From positions 33,356,001 to 33,420,000 of the forward strand of contig OX442314.1 in assembly GCA_949358305.1 (NCBI GenBank): a stretch of 64,000 bases of DNA, written 5' to 3'. This DNA comes from Strigamia acuminata (taxonomy: Eukaryota). A program made the position numbers and the translations under genes. The notes beneath the pieces are model-generated. The model saw nothing but the letters and a program-made list of their open reading frames with translations, ran no database searches and was not told where the DNA came from. This document shows, in pieces, positions 24,682 to 38,562 of this stretch (position 1 is the first letter of the stretch; each line of letters starts with the position of its first letter).

Positions 24682-27600
24682 ATGGCAGACAATATCCGAG
24701 TAACGGATTCCGACTCCGACGCGAACAAGAGAGCCGGCAGTCGTAAAGGCGCCGACTATCACTTGCGATCTGGAGGTCCCTTACCCAAAGCCTCAGCGCA
24801 CGAAGCGAGGCAAAAACGGCGCAAGCCTAAACCCGATCGCAGAAGCGCATCAGAGGCATCGCACCCGTCTCGTTCCGAGACGAGGCAGCGATTGGACGAG
24901 ACAGAGCGGGGTGAAGAGCAATCTCACTCCAAACTGCCGCGTTCTAACCGTGACGGCGAGACGAGCGGAAACGAGGTTTTATCCCGTAACCCATCGCCTC
25001 GTCTAACGCACGACACCGAGGTGGGCAGTCCGAAAGCGGCGTCTCCGATACAAAAGACGGCCTCAAACACGACAGCTAATTCGGCACTAAACACGCCAAT
25101 TACGCAAAGCCGCCCAGCTTCGGTCAGGTCCGAAGGACACAAGTCCAATGCGTCAAAAACTGAGCGTGTTCCGAGCCAGCCTTACAGCGTCTCGGCCACA
25201 TTGGTTGACACGATGCAGTTGGCACAGGCAGAAGGTGTACGATACACTCTGCCAACGGGAAAAATAACTGTGTACGAAACATTACAAATCGTACGTGCAG
25301 CTTTAAGAGCGCACAGGTTATCCCCGGAAATCACCGTTGTTGAAGGCGCATACGCTCAACAAATGGTAGACTCCGCTCAATTCGAAGCGGATGCCGAGAA
25401 TGAGGCCCGACAAGCCATCCGCGAGAGAAAGCGGAAGCTGGCGGAAAGAGAAGCGCGAGCTCTCGAGTACGGCAAATCCCAGCGCGTTCCGACTACCCCA
25501 GAAGAAGTCGAAATAGTTGATCGAGCCTTACATGCACATCGTTATGCATTCCGTTCTCAACAAGAAGCTGAACAAGCTTTCATGACTAGGCTGCAACGAG
25601 ACAAACCAAAATCCGTTCGCAAGCCAGAAGTTAGCTCGTCCGAATTGTCCGACGAGAGCGTAGAAGGCGACCCGAAGCGCACGCCGAAGGTCAGCCCCAA
25701 ACCCGAGCGAAAAAAGGAAGTGCCAGTCACTCCACGCAAACGGGAAGTCTCGACCGAACAACGCGTTCGACCTCGCATGATGGCGTTAGACGATAACACT
25801 AACAACGCTATCAACCGATTAATAAATGCGAACAACGCGCGTCGTAACGAAGAACAGACTCACACGAGCCGACAACGCGACGACCCGCGGGGTAACGACT
25901 GGCAACAGCCGGTACCCATCCTCAAAGACGACGGACCTTCGAGAAAACCTTCCGAAGACCGCACATCGTCACGAGAGGAACGTCAACGCGAAAGAGGACA
26001 GCAACAGTATCACTACGGAAACAGTGATTCGTCGTCGGATGAACTGGAGTCGAATGCACCCAGTCATCACGATTCGGAGAGAGGTTCCGGAGAAAGACGA
26101 AGGGAAAGAGAACGCGATGAACGCAGGGAAAGGGAACGTGACGACCGTCGTAGGGGCCGGAAAGAGTCAAACTCTTCACGGCGCAACCCGCCACGCCGCT
26201 CACCGTCTCCCGACCCCAGCTCCGACCCCTCGTCCAACGACGACAGACGAAATGATAAGTCAAGTAATCGCCGGAAGAGATCCAACTCTCCGCGCGATAG
26301 AGAGAAACGACGTCGATCGGAAAATAGCGACCACCGACGGGAGGAGTTTCAGGACCTTCCCCGACAAAGCGCGTTTACCGATTCGACGGGTCGGCAGTAT
26401 ACGATGGGAGAGCTTGGAAGAGCCCTGCTTGGCTCGTTAAAAGCCGAAGGAATCGATCTGAGCAAACGAAATGATCGTAATCGTAACACTGGTGACCGCG
26501 TAAAGAAAAAATACGCTGTCTCCCGACGTGACACCATGAGTGTTACCGGGAATATTAGGTGGCAATTTTATATTCAGAACCGTTTCGACGGGTCATGGAA
26601 AGCGGGAGATCGCTTCCTTGACGAAGTAATTCGGATTAAGACTGCCACTAAAGCCACCGTAGGAGACATGCTCACCCACGGTATTGTCGAGCTAATGACA
26701 GGCTCGGCACGTGAGTGGTACCAAGGATTGAAAGGCGTCAATTGGGACGACTTTTTAATGAGATTCGACCTGCGCTACGGCGAGACACCCGAAGAGGTGA
26801 GCCGAAAGATGCGAGGTCTTCGCCAGATGCCTGGTGAAACCATAATGGATTACGACATTCGCGCCAGATTGTTGTTCGAAAAGGCCCCGATGGAATTTCA
26901 TGCCACGGGATTCAACCTTTTCTTTCTCGGCGGTTTGTCGGAATACTCGCAACGGGTGCTACTTGAAGAAAGGGCACCGACAGGAGGCAGCTACGAAGAA
27001 ATGAGCGCCTTCCTGTTCGAGAACACGATAGATATCGAGAAGAGATATTATTCCGCTTTACCAGAAGCGGAGAAAGCAGCAACCGCTAAACGTCTCAAGT
27101 TGAGTGCGGAAAGATATGGGGCGACAGACAAAATCATGCGCCCTACTGAATATCTTAGCGGTATAATGGAGCTGGCAGAAGCTAGCGTTGGTTTACAAAT
27201 AAAAAATAAACTGACATCCACGCTGCCTTCCAACCCATTGGCCGCCCCTAAAAAGGCACCGACAGCGTCAGCCATGCAAGCGACACTGGAGGAGGTCAAG
27301 GAGGGGGAGGAAGCCGAACAAAATGTCGGAAAATCAGACGAAAAAGAAGAAAAAGACGATTATTCGACGGACGAAGAAATACGAAGCTATCGCGATACCT
27401 TATCAACGGGTTGCGATGAGGAAGGACCGCTAGTACATCTCATCCATCGAGATAGAGCGGTAGAAGAATTTCGCGCCAGGTTAAAACCAAATGCCGGCCG
27501 AATTCCGAAGTATTTTCGAAAAAATTACACGCCACCGTCGAAAGTAGACCCTGAAAAAAAGAAATCGATTGAAGCCCCAAGAGACAAATCAAATATTCGT

Positions 27601-27762
27601 TGTTTTAAGTGTAACCAACCGGGTCACTATTCCAATGAGTGCCCAAGAACAGCGAAAGAAGACGCTAAGTTTGACGCGATAATGAAGCAGATGGCAGAGA
27701 TTAAACTCGCCATGGCAAAAAACGAGTCAAAAAACGAGTCAGCGCAGGCGGCGAAGAAATAA
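24682..27762 (+). CDS. gag: Gag with very long disordered R/S/E-rich N-terminus
   Basis: MTGSAREWY...WDDFLMRFDLRY...LRQMPGETIMDY capsid motif; CFKCNQPGHYSNEC zinc knuckle. Confidence 0.92.
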   Translation: MADNIRVTDSDSDANKRAGSRKGADYHLRSGGPLPKASAHEARQKRRKPKPDRRSASEASHPSRSETRQRLDETERGEEQSHSKLPRSNRDGETSGNEVLSRNPSPRLTHDTEVGSPKAASPIQKTASNTTANSALNTPITQSRPASVRSEGHKSNASKTERVPSQPYSVSATLVDTMQLAQAEGVRYTLPTGKITVYETLQIVRAALRAHRLSPEITVVEGAYAQQMVDSAQFEADAENEARQAIRERKRKLAEREARALEYGKSQRVPTTPEEVEIVDRALHAHRYAFRSQQEAEQAFMTRLQRDKPKSVRKPEVSSSELSDESVEGDPKRTPKVSPKPERKKEVPVTPRKREVSTEQRVRPRMMALDDNTNNAINRLINANNARRNEEQTHTSRQRDDPRGNDWQQPVPILKDDGPSRKPSEDRTSSREERQRERGQQQYHYGNSDSSSDELESNAPSHHDSERGSGERRRERERDERRERERDDRRRGRKESNSSRRNPPRRSPSPDPSSDPSSNDDRRNDKSSNRRKRSNSPRDREKRRRSENSDHRREEFQDLPRQSAFTDSTGRQYTMGELGRALLGSLKAEGIDLSKRNDRNRNTGDRVKKKYAVSRRDTMSVTGNIRWQFYIQNRFDGSWKAGDRFLDEVIRIKTATKATVGDMLTHGIVELMTGSAREWYQGLKGVNWDDFLMRFDLRYGETPEEVSRKMRGLRQMPGETIMDYDIRARLLFEKAPMEFHATGFNLFFLGGLSEYSQRVLLEERAPTGGSYEEMSAFLFENTIDIEKRYYSALPEAEKAATAKRLKLSAERYGATDKIMRPTEYLSGIMELAEASVGLQIKNKLTSTLPSNPLAAPKKAPTASAMQATLEEVKEGEEAEQNVGKSDEKEEKDDYSTDEEIRSYRDTLSTGCDEEGPLVHLIHRDRAVEEFRARLKPNAGRIPKYFRKNYTPPSKVDPEKKKSIEAPRDKSNIRCFKCNQPGHYSNECPRTAKEDAKFDAIMKQMAEIKLAMAKNESKNESAQAAKK

Positions 27763-27780
27763 CTTCTCGACCGTCTGCGC
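27717..27780 (+). promoter_or_regulatory. -1 programmed ribosomal frameshift signal (gag-pol)
   Basis: In-frame A_AAA_AAC heptamers at 27717 and 27729; stem GCGCAGGCGG...CCGTCTGCGC begins 6 nt after the second; the -1 frame is open into pol. Confidence 0.85.
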
Positions 27781-30441
27781 CATTCATGAAGAAGAAGGGG
27801 TTTAACAAAGGGTTCGATAAACCGCCACCAGTCAAAGAAATGGGTAGTGACATAGCTAACGCCCAGATCCAAGACAGGGCCAACAACGCTTTGCAGGTAA
27901 TTACCGCAAACGCTGAGGCTGAGGCGGAAGAACCAAACCTACTGCTTGAAGAATTACCTCAAGTAGTCGAAGACACAGAAGAATTTCGTGTTTTCATGTG
28001 CAACGTGGCGGTCGAATATACCAGCCGCCTATGTATGCTGCCCATGACAATAGAACGCGAAAAAATTATGGGACTGCTAGACTCGGGAGCAGATCGCTCG
28101 TTCGTTTCCGAAGACATAGTAGCATCATTGGGTCTCACCGATAAGATAAAAGGCGTTAATAAAAATGTACGTCTAAAAACCGCCAACGGAATGGCGCGTC
28201 CAAAAGGAGTTATATTATTGACCATGGAGTGGCTCGGAGGGGTAGAACAGCACCCTTTCCTGGTCCTGCCCACGTGCGACAGAATTTTTCTGTTGGGCTT
28301 AGACCTCATGGCGTCAATGGAAATACAACCAAATCCAATAACGAAATCTTGGAATTATATCAGAAATGATAGAGAAAGACCCGCAATTGTCGTGCCACCA
28401 GCTCTTATCAAAGAAGCGGCCGACAAGACACAGTGGGAGAAAGGCCTAAAGAAATTCGTTCAAGACTACAATTTTAAAGCATTCGTAGCAGAATTGCAAC
28501 GGGACAATGTAGTGGAAACGCTTGTCGCCGACGCCGCTTTAGAATTAAACGAAGCGGCAGCCCTACGAAGGGTCCTACTTAAATATGAGGGGATCCTGTC
28601 GAAAAAACCGGGCCGAACGAATAGGGCTATTCACGAGATTAAATTGACGGATAATAAACCTATACGAGTTGCGTATAAGGGAATGAATCCGCAAAAACGT
28701 GAAATAGTGCAAAAAATGTGCCAAGAAATGCTAGACAGTGGCATTGTCTCCGAGGCCCAGGGAGAATACGCGACGCGAGTTGTGCTCGTGATGCGCCCGG
28801 GCTCGGACCCACGCCTATGCATTGATTACCGCCCATTAAACGCGGTGACAGAGATAGATCCCATACAGATGCCGTCTATCGAATCCATTTTGAGAGAGCT
28901 TAGCCCCTTTTCTTGGGTTACGACGATGGATCTGTCGAAGGGATACTGGCAAGTTGAGATGAGGCCAGAGGATAAGCTAAAAACAGCATTTTACTCGCCA
29001 ATTGGACGGTTGATGTTCAACGTCATGCCGTTTGGTTTAGTGAATGCTCCCAGTACCTTTCAGAGACTAATCGAAAGCGTATTGGGTGATATCCTGCATC
29101 AGTTCGTGTGGGCATACCTAGATGACATAGTTATTGCCTCTAAAACATTCGAAGAGCACATTGAGCACATCGACCAAGTGCTCACCCGGCTGGCGAAAGC
29201 TGGGTTACACGTTCATCCGGGCAAGAGCAAGTTCTGCCGAAAGGAGCTTGCCTTCCTGGGTTATCGCATTGGAGTCAACGGTTTAGCTATTGGCCCCGAA
29301 AAAATCGATGCGATTAATCGTTTCCCACCACCCGAGGACGTTAAAGGTGTCCAACGGTTTATGGGAATGATAAACTTCTTCGGCAGGTTGCTACCGGGTC
29401 TAGCTGAAGTGGCAGCCCCAGTTACCGACCTCCTGAAGAATGAAAACGAATTTGTATGGTCAAATGAGTGCAACATCGCATTTAATGCGATAAAGAGGAT
29501 GCTGACGGAAGTCGGCGTAATGCCTCTACCCGACTTAAACCGGCCGTTCATATTACATACGGACGCCAGCAGAGTTGGGTTAGGAGCGGCGTTGCTCCAA
29601 ACACACGTGCGCGACGGAGTCGAACAAGACCTGCCGTGCATGTTTATAAGTCGCAAACTCCAAGGCGCTGAAAAAAATTACAACGCCACAGAGTTGGAGT
29701 GTTTGGCAGTTGTGTGGGCTATAAGGAAATTCAGAGATTATCTCGAATATACCAAATTTGTAGTCCACACAGATCATCAAGCGTTACAATGGCTGATGAA
29801 ATTAAAGGAGCCAGCCGGTCGACTAGCCAGATGGCAGTTAGAACTGATGGCATGCGACTTGACCATTCAATACAAGCCCGGCAAATATAACGTCGTGGCT
29901 GACGCTCTATCAAGGGCACCAGTGTCAGATCCTATCGACGCTGACGATGATGGCGAGGATGATTCCCGCATCATTTACTGCCCGACGAGTTGTCACCGTT
30001 GGGATTTAAGGAAAATAAATGAAATTCCCACCGCGTCTCCAGCAGATGTAAAATTCTGTGGATTCTGGACGCGGTTATACCAACCAGCTGCTGACAATTA
30101 CCCAAATGCAAAGAAGGAATTTAAGCTAGAGCGGAGAATAAATGACCCGCTTCTAAGCGCCTTCCACACTCATGTCGGCAAGCAAATGCGAAGCAATCCC
30201 CCGACAAGGGAGGAAATAATTGTGCAACAAAAATTAGACAAGAAATGTCAGGATAGAGCTAGATTCGTACTGACAGGAAAATATCCGCCCAACTTAACCA
30301 GAAGGCAGAAGCGTCGTTATGCACACGAATCCATAGATTACCTATTGGATGACGGCCTTTTGGTGAAACATCACCCAAATCACCAAGATGACTTGAGTGA
30401 ATCGGACACCGCAGTAAAGGTAGTAATACCTGCTTCCTTAA
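27735..30441 (+). CDS. pol: Pol 5' part: protease, reverse transcriptase, RNase H
   Basis: LLDSGA, MPFGL, YLDD, TDAS, DALSR motifs; cut at TTAA 30438-30441. Confidence 0.96.
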
Positions 30442-31439
30442 CCTTATGGCGCGCATGCGGATTTCTCGGAGTGCGAAAGGGACCCTATTTTTAACATTAC
30501 GGCGGCCTATACCTTGACCCCCTGTTCGCAGTCTCATGGCTGATTTTGCGGATTTCACTTATTTGTATATTCCGCACGATCGCGCGCGTTTTATCAACCT
30601 TGGGAAAGCCGCTTTCTCAAATTTGCAAATTCCACATTGTGTGAACATGCTACAACGCTTCTGTGCGCGTCAATAAAAAAAAAAACCGATTAGAAATGAA
30701 ATTCAGGGTTTTGTTAAAATAAAAATTATACAATATAATCAGTCTATAATGCTTCTATAATGCTGTTGGTTTAATCAGCACATTGTAATCGTGTGAAAAC
30801 ACGCGCGCTCGCAATAATACATTACCCAATGTACTTGCACTGGCATGGACCCATCAGTGCGCACTTTCCCGTGCGTGCTGCTTGCACTATTTACATCAAT
30901 TGTTGCTCCACAGGTTGCGCGACCTGCCGGGCAGTTAAGACGTACTAGAATAACCTCAGGATTTGATAAAACCTGATTTTTGGATGACACTAAGTAAATG
31001 GCAGTGAATGTGAGATGTGAGATACACGATGAATTTAATAAAATTTATATTTCCTAATCATGGGATTGGTTTCACGTTTCATAATCCAACAATTAAGTAG
31101 AATATCATTATTGCAATTGATTAAAACAAATTTTTTTTACAAATTCTTTGGTTTTACATTTTAAATTTATTTTCCAATAGTTGGCACCATCGCAATTGCT
31201 GCGAGTTTAAAACACTGCATTCAGCAGAATTTACTGCACTTTCAAATCAAGGCCAGGCATACCTACTGCAAAGTAATGTATAAACCATAAAGAAGCCTTT
31301 GATTCGGAATTGCCTGTAGGTAATTCTGCGCTGGTCTCCAATGGAAATGTCCGCGCCGGTCTTCCGTGCACGGGAAGTCCACAGAAAGTCCGTGCATTCC
31401 GTGCGCTGGGAGTCCGTGCGTCGTACCGCGTGATCTTGC

Positions 31440-34400
31440 ATTGTTTTTTGTGGGCTTTTCCTGATTAGGATTACTTCCTTTTTAACTCTTGAAGAATTAA
31501 GTTTGTTTTTTTTGCTCCAAAACGTCCCAAAACGCCTGAAAATCGCGCAACTCGAGGCAAAACATTACAGTGTGTATTCAAATCAAAACTAGCTACAAAT
31601 ACATGCTGAAATTAGCTAAATTTTCAAATTTTTTGGCTTTCAAGAAGTAATGGAAACATTTGACATAACGTGGATCAGTTGCATTCAAAAACTAAAATAT
31701 TTTGTGTTTTACTTCAATTTTAAACTAAAAATGATGTCATTTTCTGTTTAAACCCCTGTTAAAGCTTGAAATACATTTTAACTAAAAGAAATAAGTTTGT
31801 TTTTTTCTTCGGCAGTGACGTGTACACACGAGCACGCCTGAGAACGCCAAAAAATGCTAAAAAACGCTCAAAAACGCCTGAAAATCGCGCAACTCGAGGC
31901 AAAACATTAATTTTTCATCTTTATTTCAACTTTTGTGACGTTTAAAATTGTGTTCTCATGTTTTTTGCCTCAAGTTGCATTGTCATCTGGCGTTTTGGAG
32001 TGTTTTTATGTGTTCGCAGGCGTTCGCAGGCGTTTTTTGGCGTTGTCACTCACTCAAGTGGCCAATTTTAGCATTTTCCGTAGTAAAAATGGCCGTTTTT
32101 CGTCAAAATGGCCATTTTTAGCCATTTTTCAGAGTAAAAATGTTTTTTTTTCACCGTTTTTATAGTAAAATGGCCATTTTTAGTCGTTTTTTTAATCAAA
32201 AATGGCCGTTTTTATCGTTGAAACGTTATTAAAATGTAACGTTTCAATGGCGTTTTGATCTCGCCTCATTTCCGGTTTTGAAAATTAATAAACGCCCCGG
32301 CGTTTATTCGAGGCAACACCCAACTTGGGCTTTTATTCGCGTCGCACCGCATCATCATCTCACCTTGCCTCCCGTCTTGAAAATTTATAAACGCCCCGGC
32401 GTTTATTCAAGGCAAACCATTGTTTATGTAAGTTTTTCCTGATTAGGGTTACTTCCTTTAGAAGAAACACGTTTATTTCTTCTCGCTTAATCTTGAGTCG
32501 TGATCTCGCCTCGTTTCTGGTCTTAAAAATTAATAAACACCCCGGCTTTTATTCAAGGCAATACGGTACGTTTATGAAACCCAACTTGGGCTTTCATTTT
32601 AAAAAAAGCGCGTGTTCTTACGTCGAACTAAGAGATACAGGTGAATTAGCAACGCCTAATTTGATTTAATAAATAAAGCAAACAACATCTCGCCTCACTT
32701 CTGGCGTTTGTTCGAGGCAAGCCATTGTTTTTGCATTTTTTTTCCTGATTAGGGTTACTTCCTTTTTAACTCTTGAAGAAATAAGTATGTTTTTTTTACT
32801 CGGCAGTGACGTGTACGCGCGAGTACGCCTGAGAACGCCAAAAAATACTCCAAAACGCCTGAAAATCGTGCAACTCGAGGCAAAACATTAATTGTTTATT
32901 TTTGTTTCAACTTTTGTAACGTTTACAATTGTGTTCTCATGTTTTTTGCCTCAAGTTGCATTGTCATTTTGCGTTTTGGGGCGTTTTTAGGCATTTTTAG
33001 GCATTTGCGGGCGTTCTTGGGCGTTTTTTGGCGTTGTCATTCAATCAAATAGCCATTTTTAGCCATTTTTACCCATTTTTCATAGAAAAATGGTCATTTT
33101 TAGCCGTTTTTCATCCAAAATGGCCGTTTTTCATCCAAAAGGGCCGTTTTTCATCCAAAATGGAATAATTGTTGTGTCCGGATTTTATGTCATTTATTGT
33201 CTTAATTAAAGTTAACAAAGTGTCTTTAATTTTTGCTTTTCTTGAATTTCAGCTTTTTAGATATTTTTACATATTAAACTTTCATTTTTTGTGATTTATT
33301 AAAAGTTACAGTGTTTTCATGAATTTTAGTGTCTATGATATTGATATTATCTTTATTCATTGCTATTTAAAGTTTTATTACTTCTCTGTGTCTTATTTCT
33401 TTAATTCTTGCTCATTTTGTGTGATTTTGGATGATTTTTAGTGCATCCGTCGATTTACAGATCACTTGCGTAAGACGCGTGACGTCATATTTCTTAATCT
33501 AGTTCGGTTGTGTTCAAACTTCTAACCTTTTGTTTGGACCTTATTCTTGTGTTATGGATAGGTTTTAGAATTGATTTAGACTAATTTGGGGGTGATCTGT
33601 CGATTGGTTTGCTTTATTTTTGTCCCGGAACGGTCGTTTTGTCGTTTCGAGCGTTTGTTGTCGGTACGCACTTGTGCGCTGCTGACCGAGTTCATTCCGT
33701 TCGGCAAACGATTATTTTCAAGTGTTCTTTTAATAAATAGTGCTTTTGTTGTAGGAAATTACATTTCCTAATGTTATTTTATTCAATACAGTGTGTATTC
33801 TTGATTTTATTCTTGTGTTGAAATTCAAATGTCGTGTTTTGCCGCTCTAGCGGATTTGAAGTGGGCGCCATGTTGGATTTCCCCGCTAATTTCTTTATTT
33901 ATCCATTTCATTTGTCTTTTTGAAAATGAATAAACGCCCCGGCGTTTATGCGAGGCAAGCCATAGTTTTTGTAGGTTCTTTCCTGATTAGGGTTACTTGT
34001 GACGTGCACGCGCGAGCTCGCCTGAGGACGCCAAAAAAAGCTCAAAAACGCCCCAAAACGCCTGAAAATCGCGCAACTCGAAGCAAAAAATTACAGTTTG
34101 AATTCAAATCAAAACTAACCACAAATACATGCTACAATTAGGTAAATTTTCAAATTTTTTATCAATAAATGATGACTTTCAAGAAGTATGACAACATTTG
34201 ACAAAATTTAGACCAGTTGCATTTAAAAACTAAAATATTTTGTGTTTTACTTCAATTTTAAACCAAAAATGACGTCATTTTTTGTTTAAACCGGCGTTTA
34301 TTTGAGGCAAACACGCCGCTGAGAACGCCAAAAAATGCTCAAAAACACTCCAAAAGACCTGAAAATCGCGCAACTTGAGGCAAAAAATTAATTTTTCATC

Positions 34401-35680
34401 TTTGTTTCAACTTTTGTGACGTTTAAAATTGTGTTTTCAAGTTTTATGCCTCAAGTTGCATTGTCATCTGGCGTTTTGGGGCGTTTTGGGGCGTTCGCAG
34501 GCGTTTGCACGCGTTTTTTGGCGTTGTCACTCACTCAAGTGGCCATTTTTAGCCAATTTTCGAAGTAAAAATGGCCTTTTTTTATTAAAATGGCCATTTT
34601 CAGCCATTTGTCATAGTAAAAATGGCCATTTTCAGCCATTTTTTATAGTAAAAATGGCCATTTTTCATCCAAAATGGCCGTTTTTCATCCAAAATGACCA
34701 TTTTTATCATTGACACGCTATAAAAATGTAACGTTTCAATGGCGTTTTGACGGAACCGGTAAGTTTTGAAATTTCCCGTGTCCCGTTATTGTGACTCCTC
34801 GTCCGGTTTCTCAGAACCGAAACCCTAATACAGGTGAATTAGTGACGCCTAATTTGTTTTAACAAATAAAGCAAACAACATCTCGCCTCACTTCCAGTCT
34901 TGAAAATTAGTAAACGCCCCGGCGTTTATTCGAGGCAAGCCGTTGTTTTTACAGTAATTTCCTGGTTAGGGTTATTTTTTTTTTAACTCTTGAAGAAATA
35001 AGTTTGTTTTTTTCTCGCCTGCACGCGCGAGCTCGCATGAGAATGCTAAAAAATAAGCAAAAACGTTCTAAAACGCCCCAAAACGCTTCAAAATGCTCCA
35101 AAAAGCCTGAAAATCGTGCCACTCAAAGCAAAAAATTATGTTCGCATGTTTTTTGCCTCAAGTTGCACGGTTATCTGGCGTTTTGGTGCGTTCTTGGGGC
35201 GTTTTGGTGCGTTCTTGGGGCGTTTTCGGGCGTTTTTTTGGCGTTGTCACTCACTCCCACACTTTGCTGTCTTGTTTATTACAATTTGGTTTAGCTGTTG
35301 TATTTATTTTTATTTGTTTTATGGTTATTTAATGTGTTTTTGTAGCATTCAAAATGTTTTGTTGCCTAATTTCTCGTTTTGGCGCCAACTGTTTGTTTGA
35401 CAACGCCGTGTCAGAATTTAGGGATGATTCTGCTTTGGTTTCTAATTAAAAAAAAAATGTTGTTTTAATTTCAATTGTAACTGCTTATTATAACGTTATT
35501 ATTAGTATTTTGTAAAGGTTCATTCTTTTTCCATGTTAATAAAAAATGAAGTAACTTTCGGTGAAAAAAAAAACAGTTAAATGCGGATCAAAATTAAACA
35601 CACACGAGAAGTTTAATAAACGTCCCGGCGTTTATTCGAGGCAATACGGTACATTTGTGAAACCCAACTTGGAACCCGAA
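31440..35680. repeat. Degenerate modular internal repeats (also at +12,612)
   Basis: Recurrent AAACGCCCCGGCGTTTATTCGAGGCAA, CCTGAAAATCGCGCAACTCGAGGCAAAA and its inverse TTTTGCCTCAAGTTGCA, and AAAATGGCC runs. Confidence 0.8.
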
Positions 35681-36935
35681 AATAACGTGGGGCCGTCTGA
35701 ACACCTGGATTTGAATTTTCGTCTACGCGCGCGCCGACGCATGGGGAATGCGGGGTGGGGTTCCTTCCCAGTGTTCCGAACGAGTCAATTTCACCCCGAA
35801 AATATCCCGAAATTGCTGATACATGCATTTCGAGCCAGAAATATTGATCTTCATGTAAATTTTGATTGTTTAGCTTTTTTTTGAAATTTTACAAATTTTT
35901 CTCATCTCCTGCCTTCCTCGCTCATTTAACACCAAAATGGCCTGCATTGAGGATTTTTCCCATAATCCTTTTCACACGTATGGAGCGCAAACAGTCGCAA
36001 TAAATGAAATCAGCGGAATTCGGCCTTGAGTTTGCGACGCCATCTTGAATACGAGTAACAGCACAGTATGGTGTCAATTATTCGAACTGATCGTAAGGCA
36101 TGGGACAAAAATTGATTAAAAACGAACAAACATGATTAAAAATCAACAAAAATCGACTGAAATCGGACAATAATCAATTCAGAATGACAAATAACGATTA
36201 AAATTGGCAAAAATTGTCACAAATAGAGAAAAACCGATTAAAAATCAGCAAGAAACCAATAGAAATTGATAAAATCAAATAAAAATTAACAAATATCCAT
36301 TTTGTTTGCTTTTAAACAAATTAAGAACTTTGAAAACACACGACAATTTTAAACAGTAAACACCGGGGTCAAATAAGCGCCGCTACTCGTTTAAACACCG
36401 GGGAGGTGTTAGTGAAGTGCCTCGAGTGGAGAAATTAATAAACGCTCGAGGCACCACGGTAGGCTTATTAAACACAAAATATGAAACGCTCGATCTTCAA
36501 CAGGCGCACACGCCCGAGAACACCTCGGCATGCCTCAGCACTCTCCAAGAAACGAGAAAAACCAAGGCAAAAAAAAAAAAATACACCAAAATTAGGACTA
36601 AAATCAAACACACATGGGGCCCGGAAGATTGATAACATCCCGGCATATATTCAAGGCAGTACGCCATGTTTTTTCCACCATTTTGTAAGTTTATTTCAAT
36701 ATTCATAAAGTTTATTGCTTTTTGTATCATTAGTAGTATTCCCTTGTGTGATGTGGTTTTATAAATATCACACACAACTGCTTCTGCTGTTTTCTTCACG
36801 TTTATGCTTCGTGTATGCACGTGAAGCCCTCGCACATCTTTTGAGCACCTGTACACATTTGGACACGCTCAAGGTGCTACATCGCGCGCTCAAACGCACT
36901 AGATCGCGCGCGCAAACGCGCTACATCACGCATAT

Positions 36936-37327
36936 TAGGGATAAGAACGGACCGGGATAGGGACTGGACTGGTAATGTTTGCCCTATGCGGATACGGGAC
37001 GGGACGGGATTACAGTTGCTAAATTCGTACTGCGAGGCGGAGACAATTTTCTAATTCCAGTTGTTATTTATCACTATTAAGCCTAATATTGAGCCTGATA
37101 ATGCTAAAATAAAGTAAATAAACAACAACAACAAACTCATTATTAAAAGTAAATTACACTGTATGACCAAAATATTGTTGTTTCTTTACTTTATTTTAGC
37201 ATTATTAGGCCTAATATTAGGCTTAATACTGATTTATTTCAATTATGCAATCATACGCGCGTATTACGCTAACGTAATGGACCCGGGACGGGTCGGGACC
37301 CGAAAATTGGTCCCGTTCTCATCCCTA
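36936..37327. mobile_element. hAT-type MITE nested in copy 1
   Basis: TIRs TAGGGATAAGAACGG / CCGTTCTCATCCCTA; 8-bp TSD ACGCATAT. Confidence 0.88.
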
Positions 37328-38059
37328 ACGCATATATATCGCAGACATATCGCGCCCACGACAAAGCACAAACCCATGGCAGTCACCAAAGAATATTTAC
37401 GCCGCTTCCACGCACGTTTTATTTTCTCACAGGCCTCTACACATTTAACTTGCGCGCGCACTTGCTACGTGCTCGTGTGGTCACAATAAATACCTAATTT
37501 TCATTAAAATAACGAATGAACGAAATCACTTCAACCACACTTGCTACGGTCGACGCATCGACGGCGATTCGCATGCGTTACCCCAAATACCGATCAAAAA
37601 TCGCAGAAAACACTAATCCCGACCCAAAAACCGCCAAAATTACCCTCAACACACCCCAACAACCTTCCACCACTTAAATTACACCGGAAAAAAAACAATT
37701 TCAAACCGAAAAATCAACAAAAAAGGCCAAAAAAATATTGCAAACAAAGAGAAAAGATCAATTATCGAGGCAAATCCCCACCACAAAACAACGCATCGCC
37801 GGTAAACACTTAAGCGTACAGTGCACAACACTACTGTTTATTTTCAATGATCCAATAAATAAAATTTGAAACAAAGTTGAGTGGAATTGTACGTTTCTTG
37901 TATATTAAAGTTTTTATTTTGTTTGTTTACACTTAATTTTTTTTTTCCATCATAGAATGGCGACTCGATACTTTTGTAGCTCGAATTCACTTCGTAAACG
38001 TAATCGGTGTTCATCACGCGTCAATGCGCTCGTGCAATAGTATAGGCGCGCATACGATT

Positions 38060-38562
38060 TGATGCGCGCAAAACTTGCAAAACTTGCACGGAATTTGGGC
38101 AATTTTTGACAATTTTCAGCAGATTTTTGCCTGTATTTGACAAATTTCAGAAGATTTTTGCCTATATTTGACAAATTTCAGAAGATTTCCTCAATCCTCA
38201 AACATTTGCTGAAATTTCTCATAAAATTTCTAAAATTAATTGAAATTTGTCTGAAATTTGTCTGCAATTTGTCAAATATTGTCAAAAATCCGTGGAAATT
38301 TGTCAAATACTGGCAAAAATCCATGTAAATTTGTCAAAAATTGCCATAATTCGGTGCAAATTGTGTTAGACATTGGAAAAATTTATTTTAACGCTTCCAA
38401 CGCGCCAGTAAATCGCGCGTGCACACGCGTGGATTTTTCGTCATAGTTGGATGCGCGCAAACCTCACGTAACTTGCGCCAAAATTTGGCAATTTTTGACA
38501 AATTTCAGCAGATTTTTGCCAGTATTTGACAAATTTCCACTGATTTTTGACAATATTTGACC
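38060..38562. repeat. Short foldback-like array of TTTGACAAATTTC motifs (also at +12,612)
   Basis: Direct and inverted (GAAATTTGTCAAA) copies. Confidence 0.65.

Noticed and set aside
23619..24728. ORFs within the LTRs (also 13411-14007 and 20902-21327)
   Set aside because: Incidental frames in LTR sequence; only the last ~60 aa of 13411-14007 is meaningful (viral L)
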